In this document: piece after piece, positions 21,955-33,471 of the stretch
How positions within the stretch are numbered: position 1 is the stretch's first letter
How the letters are laid out: every line of letters begins with the position of its first letter
Assembly (NCBI GenBank): GCA_002104905.1
Contig: MCFE01000314.1
Coordinates: forward strand, 33,367-97,366
From: Basidiobolus meristosporus CBS 931.73
Lineage: Eukaryota > Fungi > Basidiobolomycota
Direction: 5' to 3'
DNA length: 64,000 nucleotides
Program-made: the position numbers and the translations under genes
The notes under the pieces: model-generated
Told to the model about the DNA's origin: nothing
Seen by the model: the letters and a program-made list of their open reading frames with translations, nothing else
The model's database searches: none

Positions 21955-23504
21955 TTAAAGGGAGGTTTCGGACCGGAAGGCATTGGTGTTGTCCTGGAAG
22001 TTGGCGATATTCTGGGAGCATTCCCGCTTGATGTTCTCCGCCTTGGGCGTGTCCCATTCACCACGAGACAAGAAGTTTCTAAAATAGCGGAAACACGCCT
22101 CCTCCCGGAAATTCTTGTACACCTGCTTGTTGAAGTTGCGCTAGAGAAATGCGTTAGTCGCTGGAGGGGCTGTGCGTGATGGATTGTTTGCTCCTACCTC
22201 GATTCTGCGAGTGTTTTCAAGGTAATCATGATTTTGATGAATAATGAAATCCTGGGGCAAGACCCAGTAATCCACCCCCGAAAGATAGATTTCGTAGAGA
22301 CACGCGGCTTTGTTTCCTCCGTATCCGATGAAGCGCTCGTTGCACCTGGTGATCCAAGTTAATACGTGGCCATGGAGAAGGTACCTGAAATTCCCCTTAC
22401 CATGGGACTCCATCTTTCTTGACAATAACATAGGGCTCATAGCTGTAGTTGTAGTCGGTGACTTTGTATGGAGTAATGGCTTCATACCAACGGGTATAGT
22501 TGGTGGACCCATGTCCTCGGACCCAGCTTTTATGGAACATGGAGATTTTCCCTGCTCCCACCAAATCAACCAGGCTGGACTTCACTCGGGGAAAGACCTC
22601 GGCGTCACGTCCCTCATCCAGGACATCGTATTCGAATGCTGGCAAAACAATCGCCGCATTCCCCTCCCTCAGTCTGTTCATCAGCTCGGGGTGCTCTTGC
22701 AGGCTCTGGCGGAAATCAGTGCACAAATAAAAGTCGATGTCCAGGAGTAGGAAGTAATCGGTTCGGGTAAAGAACCGGGCCACATTTCTCCAATAATTGA
22801 ACTGTCTCTCGTAGGTGTCGATGATCAGGTGGACATCTACATGCTTCTTCATGAGCGGATTGGAAGTGTACATCTCCTCCAACTTGTTGAGGATTTCCAT
22901 TTTGTTTTTGTCGTCTGAGACGTGAAGTGCCACCGAGACAGGGCCTATACAAAGATGGTCAGTAGGTTGGAGCAAAATGGGCGTGTGTCGGAGGAACCTA
23001 CCTTTGTAGTTGTTCACCAGCTTCTCAAAGACATGGAAACGATCGGCGGTGATCAAAGTGGCGACAGTAATGTCTTCTTTAGGAGGAGCCGGCTCCATTC
23101 TGTAATAATAAGGCTTGAGGTTGGTGGGCTGCATTGCTTCCGAAAACAGCTTGGAGTAGATGTATTCTTCGGGGAAAGGTATAGAAGAACCTAGAAACCT
23201 GGGTTAAACTCCGCGCGGCATGACAACCCCCTCCCAATACTACTCTACCTTTCTCACTCGTCAACAAGAAATTCTCAGTGTTGGTTTTGGGAGCAGGCTG
23301 AGCGGGCTTGCTAGGGTGCTCAACCTTCTCAGGGGTGTGATAGGGCGGCCTAGTCACTTGCGGGGCGTGGGTGGAAGTGGAAGTGGAAGGGGGCTGGGCA
23401 TGAGGAGATGCGTAGAAAGAGTGGAATATGTAGAAGATGGAGAGCGCCAGGTAAGCCAGAAACAAGAATTTGAAGATGCGGGAGTAAGAAAACTCGACTC
23501 TCAT
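21955..23504 (-). CDS. Glycosyltransferase family 49 (LARGE/B4GAT1-like), type II membrane protein
   Basis: N-terminal TM; DITVATLITADRF; YWRNVARFFTRTDYFLLLDIDF (DxD); VLPAFE; YEPYVI; ...YLSGVDYWVLPQDFIIHQNHDY; FREEACFRY. Confidence 0.88.
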
Positions 23505-24354
23505 CCTATTCGAAGGTCAGAAGGAAACAAACGGGAAACTTGGGTAAAGAGCCACGAGAGTACGGAGAAGTCGACCAAAAAGCAGGTATAAAAGTACACG
23601 CGAGATAGACAAAAAAAGTTGGATCGAACGAGGGGTGCTAGCGGGTCAGCTAGATAAATGATGCGAGCAGATTGGTAGGCGGATGGTGTATATGAATTAT
23701 TGGAAACGCACTGAAAAGGAAGCTGAATATTGTCACTTAAGAGGAAGCTGAATATTAAAACCTTTCAAGTCACACCAAACGAATTCGTTGGTGATATATT
23801 AAGCTCTCGTGTCGTACAATGGGATATATGAGGATCTGAGCCCACGAATCACGCCCAAATATTTATAGAATCTTGAGTAGAATCAACAATGAAAGATCGA
23901 CCCCATTCTTTAGTGCTTGACATCATTTTTCTGTTCCAAGTCCTTCACCCTCGTATATATCCATTTTCGTCTGGATTTGCCCATATTTGCCCATATTTGC
24001 CCATATTGGCTCACGGTGGCCTTTCTGTCTGCTAGATTAATTTCGCTACGCCCTGATGACGGTGCTGGTATCTAGCTGACGTAAGGTCACGTGGACAAGG
24101 GCTGCCAGAATATAAAGTTGCATTAGAATACCAGGATTCGCATCAATGTTGCATAGATTAGGGGATCTGGATATTCGCCCTATTTAGGGGCATTTGTTAA
24201 GTTATATTGTGATGACATGAGTGCTTAAATCAAACGATCGAAAGTTTGTCAGAGACGGTTACGACTGTTGTTTCTTTTTGTGACATATGAGTGACTATCA
24301 AAATCTTTCATCCTCTCCATCGTAAAACCCCAACCGCAAGCAAGCGCCCCTTTT

Positions 24355-25636
24355 ATGTTCACATCTGTTCCAATGGACCGAACAGGGATAAGAAACAGAT
24401 ACTTCCTGAACTCCCCAGCCAACAGGTCGGCCCCCACTTCGCCATACCTGGAAAGAGACAAAGCCAAGTTTTTCAGCAGAGGATTTAGGTTGTCTGAGCT
24501 GGGAGAGAAAGAGACTGAAGCTGAGCACGAGCACGAACCCCGAAGAGTTCTTGGTCCAAATCCCTCGCCTGACGTGGCTCAAACCTCCCGACATGGCAGA
24601 GCTAATCTCTCGGAGAACGAAGCCACTCGGTTCACAGCCTCCGGGTATAGCTGGCCGATCCTCTTGGTCATACTCCCTCCAATAGTGTCCACCTTTTACG
24701 GGGACACCCAGACCTGGAGTGATATATTGCTGCTGGTGTTGGTGGGGTTCTATTTATTTTTAATCATCAAAGGTTAGTAGGCCAATTTTCCACCTTGAGA
24801 GACACCCACATATCCATGCCTGTCCCCTAGTGCCCTGGGAGCTCTATTTCGTAGCTCGGCAGAGAAGATTGAATATGGTCTCCCTGGCCGGCGTGGCAAT
24901 GCAGCCGGGGAACGCGACACAGGAGACCCTGCGTATCGAGGCCGAGAAGAAACTCCGGCGTCAGGAGAAGTTGGCATTCTCCATCGTAGTCATTTCTCCA
25001 ATACTTGGTGGCTACCTACTGCTGATGTCGAGAAACTATCTGTCGCAGTTCGACAAGTATTTCTCCCAACTGAATATCACCATCTTCATCCTCGCCGCCG
25101 GAATCAAACCAATCACCTTCCTTGCCGGGCTGCTGAAAAAGCGCGCCTTGATGCTGCAAGAGGAGATCCATTACCCCGTAGGCGAGATCGAGGGCCTCAG
25201 GAGACGAGTGGGGCTGCTGGAAAATGAGCTGAACCAGCTAAGAAAAGCCTACGCAACGAAGCTAGAAGTGGGCCAGATACGAGACAGGGTGGAGCCCACG
25301 TTACTGCAAATCTCCACAGTGCTACAAAGATACGACAGACGAGAGCAAAAGATCCGAGCCAGATGCGAAGAAAAACTGAGTCGGTTGGAGAGGAAGCTCA
25401 ACGAGTTTGAGTTCGACGATATCTCCAACCAGATCGTCAACCCTGTGCAAAGACCCCCACCCACCCTGCTGGGAATTCTTTCCACAAGTCTGTCTAGGTT
25501 CGTGTTCTTGCCGGTGAGTGTTGCTAGCAATTCGTTCGATCTGGTGGGGCGCTTTCTATCAAACACACTGGAGCTAATGTCGTCCAGCAATAAACCCACA
25601 TCTCTGATTCAGAGTCGGGAGAGACACGCCGACTGA
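24355..25636 (+). CDS. Uncharacterised fungal multi-pass membrane protein with C-terminal coiled coil
   Basis: Two ORFs are joined by an intron at ~24773-24830: WPILLVILPPIV...WSDILLLVLVGFYLFLIIK/VPWELYFVAR, further TM segments, then a heptad region (IEGLRRRVGLLENELNQLRK). Confidence 0.75.
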
Positions 25637-25733
25637 CTGATATGTACTTTGACGGGTTGTAACGGTCATTCTTTATTCCATGGGATGAGCCACAACCAAC
25701 TCTTCTATGTAACAATAAACTTCTAAGGAACAT

Positions 25734-26968
25734 TCACTCGGGGATGGGGTTGTAAATCTTCTTGGGCTTGTCGAAGATGTCCGACACTATGGCGGACTTG
25801 TCGGCATAGTGTAAGCAGGAGGTGTTGCCGGAGAGCAGATCCTTGATGTGCTCGGTGATCAGGGAAATGGCCACGTGGTTGCCCGAGCCTCTGGGCATGA
25901 TCACATCCGCGCATTTCTTGGTCTAGAGTGGGCCGAGGGGTTAGCTTCGGTTGACGCACACCGCATCTCAACTACGTCCACATTACCGGGAAGATGAATG
26001 CCTCGAAGGTGGGCTTGCCCACGCGAGCATATTCGTGGAGGGTCTTGTCCAGGTTGTATTCAGGCTTGGCCAGCTGGGTCTTCACTGTGGTGGACGATGA
26101 ATGCACGTCTTGGTCGAGTGGCAGGAGGGAAAGTTACTCACCGAGCTTCACCAGTCTGGTATCGCTATCCACATCGGCGAAAATCTTCATCGAGAGGTAC
26201 TCACGTACTTCTGCGTCGAAGAGGATCAGGCAGCCCTGGATAAGGACCACATCCGGGGCCTCATTCCAATCCAGGGTCTCCTCCTTTCTGAAAATTGCCC
26301 GGGTGGCTTTAGTGCCCTACGTCCATCAAAAGTAAAGTGGGTGGTTTCTTGTACCTCTTGAAATTCTCCGAGTCGTAGATGGGGATCTTGACCGGCTCTC
26401 CCCGGCTCAAGGACTTCAACACGCTCTTCAAAAGATCGAAATCGAACGCATCTGGTTTGGATTCCAACCGAGGGTTAGCCAGGAGTGGTCTCGGAAACGA
26501 CGACTGGCCGAGGTCTTACCTGGATGATCCATGTTCAGGTGGCCAGACTTGGCCGCTTCAAGCTCTTCGCCTTCGAATTCCCGCATGAACTGGGTGAGGG
26601 TTAAGATGACAACCTTGTGAGTTTGGGAAGCGGTGGCTTTCAGGTGCTCGACCACTCTTTCACACACGACCCTCTACTTGAGCAGAATCCGAGCGAATCC
26701 AAATAAAAGGTGGTCTTTAGTAAGAACCGGTTGAGCTACAGAATAGCAGGTGCATTCCTACCTTCCCTGCACCAGGTCCGCCTGGAGGTGGAGGAGCACG
26801 CGTTCAGTAAAGAGAAAAAAAAACCCCGGACGAAAAAGGAAACTCACCGGCCACTCCGATGATGAAGGGTACCCGTTTGTCGGAGGTAAACTGGTCGGGC
26901 ACGGGAGCCAAGTCGGCTGGAGAGTATGGACGAAGTCCAGGTGAACGGTAGGATTCCAAGGTAGACAT
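25734..26968 (-). CDS. Uridine kinase-like protein (PRK/URK fold) with degenerate catalytic motifs
   Basis: Spliced product: [22 protein letters not shown]...[14 protein letters not shown]...[37 protein letters not shown]...[37 protein letters not shown]. It includes a 20-nt exon at 26762-26781. Confidence 0.85.
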
Positions 26969-27174
26969 GGTGAGAAGGCTGTCAACGTGCAGATTGAGCT
27001 TAGGGCTTGTCAAGTGACTATTCTATATTCGAGAGGTCCTGCCAAATTTGGTCCAGGCCTGGTTGTTCTGACACCTGATGGCTTTTTTTCTTCCATGATC
27101 TGGGATTTTGCTGTGGTAGGCCGAATCATTTGCGGTGTCCGAGAGCAAACTACATTGTATCCGAGCCAAACCAC

Positions 27175-27243
27175 ACATCCTAACCAGGTTTTACTTGTAA
27201 TTTGTTTGTATACATCCTAACCAGGTTTTACTTGTAATTTGTT
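27175..27243. repeat. Perfect 32-bp direct repeat (2 copies, period 37)
   Basis: acatcctaaccaggttttacttgtaatttgtt at 27175-27206 and 27212-27243. Confidence 0.9.
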
Positions 27244-27386
27244 CGTGCCCTACTTACTCTTGGCAATGCCATTTACCAAAATCCATTCAGTTTAATGAAC
27301 GGTCAATGGCCTCGATAGTTCTGGCCAAGTTTCTTGTGCAGATTTATTTCCAATACTTTTACCAAAGTATCAGGTACCCAGAGCAT

Positions 27387-27860
27387 TGTTGCAAGAATTC
27401 TGTAGATATCGGAAGTGATTGGGAGAACCAGTATATTAGATGGCTCTCACTTAATGATATATTGAATGTAAAAGTGATAGTTATACTTTTACATGGTCTT
27501 GGCAAAACAAACAAATACACTATATTTAAGATGACCCCAAGAGCATGTGTGCAAAGTTTGGGGGTGTTTGGACAACTTAGAATACATTCACCAAAGCATC
27601 AAGTACTCAAAACATGAAATTTCTCAAAGTAATTCCTGGCCAGGAATTTGCTCTGAATTCTCTAAGAATTGTTGGTAATGATCAAAGTGACTAAGTCAGG
27701 TGAATAGCTGGGTGTAACTACATGCTTTTACATCACTCCCACCTAACTAAATACTCATACTAACTAGTCCCAACTGTGACCTGAAATATTCAAATTTGTC
27801 CCTAGCTAATGGTTTGGTAAATATGTCTGCAATCAGTTCATCTGCAGAGCAGTAAGCTGA
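27387..27860 (-). mobile_element. Older Ty1/copia remnant: RNase H tail, PPT and 3' LTR (27387-27735)
   Basis: The minus strand reads ...DELIADIFTKPLARDKFEYFRSQLGLVSMSI*, then aggtgggag (PPT), then a TGATGTAAAAG... LTR that is a diverged homolog of the 27864-28212 LTR. Confidence 0.8.
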
Positions 27861-27863
27861 GTT

Positions 27864-28212
27864 TGTTGTAAAAGTCTTGGAGATATTGGAAGTGATTGTG
27901 AGGACAAGTTGATTATGTGGTTTTCACTTAATGATTTATTGAATGTAAAAGTAGTATTTATACTTTTACCTGGTCTTGGCATTACAAACACGTAAAATAG
28001 GTTAAGGAAGGTCCCAAGAACATGTGTGCAAAGTTTGGGGCTGTTTGGACAACTTTGAGAATTTTCATGTTCTGGGTACCTGGTATTTTGGTGAAAATAT
28101 TCCAAGTAAATCCCAACTAGGAGTTTGGTCAGTATTCTCTAGGATTTGAAGGTAATGATCTAAGTGACTAAGTTAGGTGAATATTTAGGTGGAATTACAA
28201 ACTTTTACAACA
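27864..28212 (-). repeat. Copia 3' LTR, 349 bp
   Basis: TGTTGTAAAA...TTTTACAACA ends, directly after the PPT. Confidence 0.9.
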
Positions 28213-31200
28213 CTCCCACTCAGCTAAATGTTCATACTGACTAGTCCTAATTTTGACCCAAGATATTCAAACTTGTCTCTAGCTAATGGTTTGGTAAATA
28301 TGTCTGCAACCATTTCATCTGAAGGACAGTAAACTATGCTAACTAGGTTATTCTCTACAGCTTCACATATGAAATGATGTCTAATAGCTATATTCTTAGT
28401 TCTAGCATGAAAAGTTGGATTTCTACCTAATTGTATACATCCTTGACTATCTTGAAATAAAGTAATAGGCATTTTTTGACATAGGCCTAAATCTGTAAAA
28501 AGCTTTCTTATCCACATTACTTCTTTTGTAGCTTCACAGGCTGCCATGTACTCTGCCTCTGTGGTAGAAAGTGCTACAGTTGGTTGCTTTCTTGAATTCC
28601 ATGAAATTGCTCCTTTACAGTAAAGAAAGGTGTATCCTGTGGTGGATCTTCTGTCTTCCAGATATTGTCCCCAATCAGCATCAGAGTATCCCACAAGATC
28701 CTGTTCTGAAACCTTATAAGTGTATCTTAAGCAGATATCAGCGGTCCCTTTTAGGTATCTAAAAATCCGCTTAGCTGCTGCAATATGATCAGATCCAGAG
28801 TTCTGATTATGTTGGCTGACAACTCCCACTGAATATGAGATATCTGGACATGTTCCAAGCATGATATACACCAGCCTGCCAACCATAGATTGATAAGGAA
28901 AGTCAGGGCTTTCAGATGGCACCAAGCTCTCTTGATTTGGTTGAGTTTTGACCAAGTTAAGGTTTGTCTCCATTGGGGTAGCTGCCGGTTTACAGTCTTC
29001 CATTTGGTTCTTCTTTAGTATATCTTGAATATACTTGGATTGGCTTAGGGTAATAGTTGGGGTATTACTGTCTATGGAGAACTTAATCCCTAAGTAGTAA
29101 CTGAGCTCTTCTAGATTGGGACATCTTGAACTCCTTAGATAGGCAGGATTTAGTCTCTTCCAATGTTTCTAGGTTATTGGCAGCTGTAATGAGATCATCC
29201 ACATAGAGAGCTAATAGAGCTGTATTTGCTCCATCTGGCTTATAGTATATACTATAGTCAGCATTACTCCTTTTGAAACTCAAAGATTCCAAATAAGAAT
29301 CTATCTTGCAATTCCAGGCTCTTGGTGATTGTTTAAGACCATATGGAGACTTTTTAAGCTTGCAGACCAAATGCAGGTTATCTTGGTCAGCAAACCCATT
29401 AGGCTGGTCCATATACACGTCCTCATCAAGTTCTCCATTCAAAAATGCGGTTTTTACATCCATTTGATGAATAAGTAACTTATATTTGGCTGCAATAGCC
29501 AATATTAATCTGATGGAACTAAACTTGGTTACCAGTGCAAAGGTCTCAGTATAGCCAAGTCCTTTTGTTTGAGAGTATTTTTTGGCCATAAGTCATGCTT
29601 TGTATCTTTCAATTGTACCATCAGCCTTGTATTTTGTCTTGAAGACCCATCTGCATCCAATTGATTTTGGTTGATTGGTAATTTGACCAAGTCCCCAGTT
29701 TGATTTTCCATCAAGGTCTGATATTCCTCAGTCATTGCAGATCTTTAAAACTCTGTCTGAGGGCTATTTAGGGTCTCTTTTACAGTCTGGGGCTCATCAA
29801 TATGGACTGAATAGGCATAGGCTAAGTTTGTACCCTCATTGATATAGTAATTTGCACTATTTCTTGTCCAATTGGATCTCCAGGCATTTGATACTGGAAT
29901 GATCACTTCTGGGATATTCATGGGCACTGTTTCAGGCTGAACCACAGTTGTAGAGTCCTCTGGAGTGCAAAAATTTCATTATTTTGCTCTGATTCAATCC
30001 TGACTATTGGTGGACTTGAGATCAGACTTTTGTGATCATCTGATGCCATTTTTTGCAAACATTTTGGATATTCATCAAACAGCACATCCCTGGACTTGAT
30101 TAGCTTCTTTGCTTTGGTATTGTAGAGTCTGTATGCTTTACTCTCATTGCAGTAGCCCAAAAATATGCATTTTACACTTTTTGGCTCAAATTTTGACTGA
30201 TTTCCAGGCAGTTTCTTGGCATATGCTGTACACCTGGATATTCTTTGATGTTCTACACCTGGTCTGTATCCATACCATGCTTCAAATGGAGTAGAATCAC
30301 AAAGTATTATGTTATAACTCCTATTCTTAGGATATATAGCTGAGGCAACTGATTCCACCCAAAAATCACAGGATAATTTTTGATCATGGATCATAGATCT
30401 TGCCATATCAATTATTGATCTGCATGCACATTCTGCTACTCCATCTTGATGTGGGGAGTACAGTACAGTAGTCTCTTGCTTTATCCCATGAATTTAGCAG
30501 AAGTGGATGAAGAGTTTTTATGTATATTCTCCACCATTGTTAGAGCGTATTTTCTTGATTTTTTCACCAGTTTCTTCTCCACCATGGCTTTGAGCTCCCT
30601 GAACTTAGACAGAGCTTCTCCCCTTCTCTCCATGAAGTAGACCCATGTGTATCTTGTATAATCATCAATAAAAGTGATTAAATACTTCATCCTGCCTAAG
30701 GATAAATTTTGCAAAGGTCCATACAGATCTGAATGTAATAGATCTAATTTTTTTTTAGTTTTGATTAACCCAGAGCTCTTCAATGGTTGTCTGGCTTGTT
30801 TCCCATATATGCAGGCTTCACAGTGCTCCAAATTAGTGGGGGGATCAATTCTTACTCCACAAATTAGCTGATCTTTGAACATTTTGTGCAAATAATCAAA
30901 ATGGATGTGCCCAAATCTCCTGTGCCAAAGCATTGGTGTTTCTTCATTTAAGTTACTTATATTGGCTCCCATATATGATGGAATATAAGTCAACTTGTAT
31001 AAATTCTGATCTCTAATACCCAAAGCAATATGGGTGCCATTTTGATCAGTGATCCTACATCCAGAATTGCAAAGCTGAAACTGAGTCCTTCTGCAGTGGC
31101 CTTACTTACAGATAGTAGGTTTGTGGCTATTTCTGGTACATAGAGTACTTCTTTAAAAGTCAGTGTATGGCTTCCTTCACTGCTTCTAAGGTTGATTTGG

Positions 31201-31950
31201 ATAGTTCCTTCTCCTACTGCATCAAGTGTTCTATTGTCACCCATGAAAACCTTCCTGATTGGAATTTCTTGATATTGGGTAAAAAGTTCTTTTTGGTGTG
31301 TAATGTGTTGAGATGCTCCAGAGTCAGTATACCACATCTGAGAATCCTTGTTTGTGGTCATATTTAGCGCAGATATGAATAGTTTATCTTCAGTTGTTGC
31401 AGTATTTCCATATTCAGACTTCTTTTGCTGATTATCTCTCTTTCTGAGACACCAGTCTGATATGTGTCCTTTCCTTTTGCAGTAGTTGCAAAACAGGTTA
31501 CTGTTGCCTTTGTAGGGTCTTGGGTACCTCCTTTGTTGATTATCATTGCTTATTAAACCATTTTCTTCTTCAATCTTACTGGCACTTGATTTTCTTAATT
31601 CTTCATCCAGGAGCCTTTCATATATGTAATATAAGGTCAGGTCTTCAGTTCTGGACTCTAGGGCTGATACAAGGCCCTGAAACCTGTCTGTCAGGCTATT
31701 CAGGATGGCTACTATCACATCCTCATCAGTAGTTGGTATGCCCACAGATTCCATTTCATCTGCCAGCAGGGCAATTCTTCTAATTAGATTTTTTATTTCT
31801 TCTCCTGGCAGCATCGTTGTAGTAATGAGTTTTGTCTCAGATACATTATTTTAGCAGCTGAGCATGACTGGTAGGTGTCTTCTAATGCCTTCTGGGCATT
31901 CCTTGCTGTTTTTGCTCTTGAGCATTGAATTAGCAATTTGTCTTTAACAT
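27864..31950 (-). mobile_element. Ty1/copia retrotransposon, degenerate and 5'-truncated, with 3' LTR
   Basis: Domain order is gag (CNYCKRKGHISDWC knuckle), protease (WYTDSGASQHIT), pre-integrase (LWHRRFGH), integrase (HSDLYGP, ITFIDDYTRYTW), RT (QMDVKTAFLNG, LYVDDL), RNase H (GYSDADW). Several stops and frameshifts. PPT gagtgggag at 28213-28221. Confidence 0.95.
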
Positions 31951-32026
31951 TAAGGCACATGCAGTTAGTACTTCTCAGGCTTATTTAGATAGGTCTCTGT
32001 CCAACCGCATCTAGTATCCAATTGTC

Positions 32027-32375
32027 TGTTGTAAAAATTTGTAATTCCACCTAAATATTCACCTAACTTAGTCACTTAGATCATCACCTTCAAATCCTAG
32101 AGAATACTGACCAAATTCCTTGTTGGGATTTACTTAGAATATTTTCACCAAAATACCAGGTACCCAGAACATGAAAATTCTCAAAGTTGTCCAAACAGCC
32201 CCAAACTTTGCACACATGTTCTTGGGACCTTCCTTAACCTATTCTTTGTGTTTGTAATGCCAAGACCAGGTAAAAGTATAAATACTACTTTTACATTCAA
32301 TAAATCATTAAGTGAAAACCACATAATCTACTTGTTCTCCAAATCACTTCCAATATCTCCAAGACTCTTACAACA
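32027..32375 (+). mobile_element. Copia solo LTR (349 bp) with 5-bp TSD TTGTC
   Basis: Reverse complement of the 27864-28212 LTR. TTGTC flanks it at 32022-32026 and 32376-32380. It interrupts an older copia protease region. Confidence 0.92.
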
Positions 32376-33060
32376 TTGTCACCCATGAAAACATGCTACT
32401 GACAATTTCCTGTATTGGGCAAAGAGCTTGTTTTGGGGCATTAAGTGCTGAGATGCTCCAGACTCACTATACTATGTATCAGAATCTGTGTTTGTGGGCA
32501 TATTTAGTACTGATATTAATTGTCTATATTTGGTTGTTGCTGCATTTCCATATTGAGGCTTTTTCTGCTGATTATCTTTCTCAGTGAAGCTCTGGTCTCT
32601 TATGTGCCCTTTCCTTTGGCGTAAGTTATAAGAAAGATTGTTTTTACATTTCTAGGGTCTTATATACCTCCTTTTGTGGTGATCATTGCATGTAAAAGCA
32701 TTCTCTTCTTCTTTCTTTGTGGAAGTTGATTTTCTTAATTCCCCATCCATGAGCCTTCCATACATCTTTACAAGGTCAAATCTTCAACTCTGGACTCTAT
32801 AGTTGACACCAGGCCCTGAAGCTTGTCTGCCAGGCTATTCAGGAGGGTGACTGTCTCATCTTGATCAGTAGGTTGCACCCCTGCAGATTTGTTCTCATCA
32901 ATCAACAGGGTGGTTGTGTTAATTAGATTCCTCATTTCCTCTGCCAGGAGGATCCTGGTAGTAAATAAATTTGATCTCACACATATTTCTTTAACAGCTG
33001 AACACTAATGGTAGGGGCTTTCTAATGCCTTCTAGGCATTTGTTTTGTTTTGCTTGTGAG
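32376..33060 (-). mobile_element. Older copia gag/protease remnant
   Basis: Collinear degraded homolog of ~31230-31900 (e.g. LLNSLADKLQGLVSTIESRVEDLTL vs ILNSLTDRFQGLVSALESRTEDLTL). Confidence 0.85.
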
Positions 33061-33471
33061 CCTTGAGTTAGCAAGTTCTTTTAATTCCATCACAAGGCCA
33101 TCATAAAATATAAATCTGATGAATAAGTGGTATTAATGCTGGGAGAACACTGTGCACAGACTATTCAAAGAAATTGCACCACATATTTCACAAATAATTT
33201 GGCAAATATTTCTCATGACAACAACATATAAGTGGCTTTTAAATAGTTCTCAGACAGTTCTCCCACTTTGTAATCTCAGACACTCAATTGCCTCTTACAT
33301 TTGTGTACATCGATTGGCTATTTCCCCCTTTCACACTCCTTATATCCTGATTCAATCAATGTGGTTACTTTTCATGCATACAAATTGGTTTACTTCTGTT
33401 AAATCCTCAGTTGGTGCTTGATTGCCAATTGTACCAGCCTATACATGTCCCTATACCCAACACCAACATTA

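Noticed and set aside
27864-32375. Copia with inverted terminal repeats (DIRS-like or novel)
   Set aside because: The right repeat has its own TTGTC TSD and interrupts an older protease, so it is an independent solo LTR.
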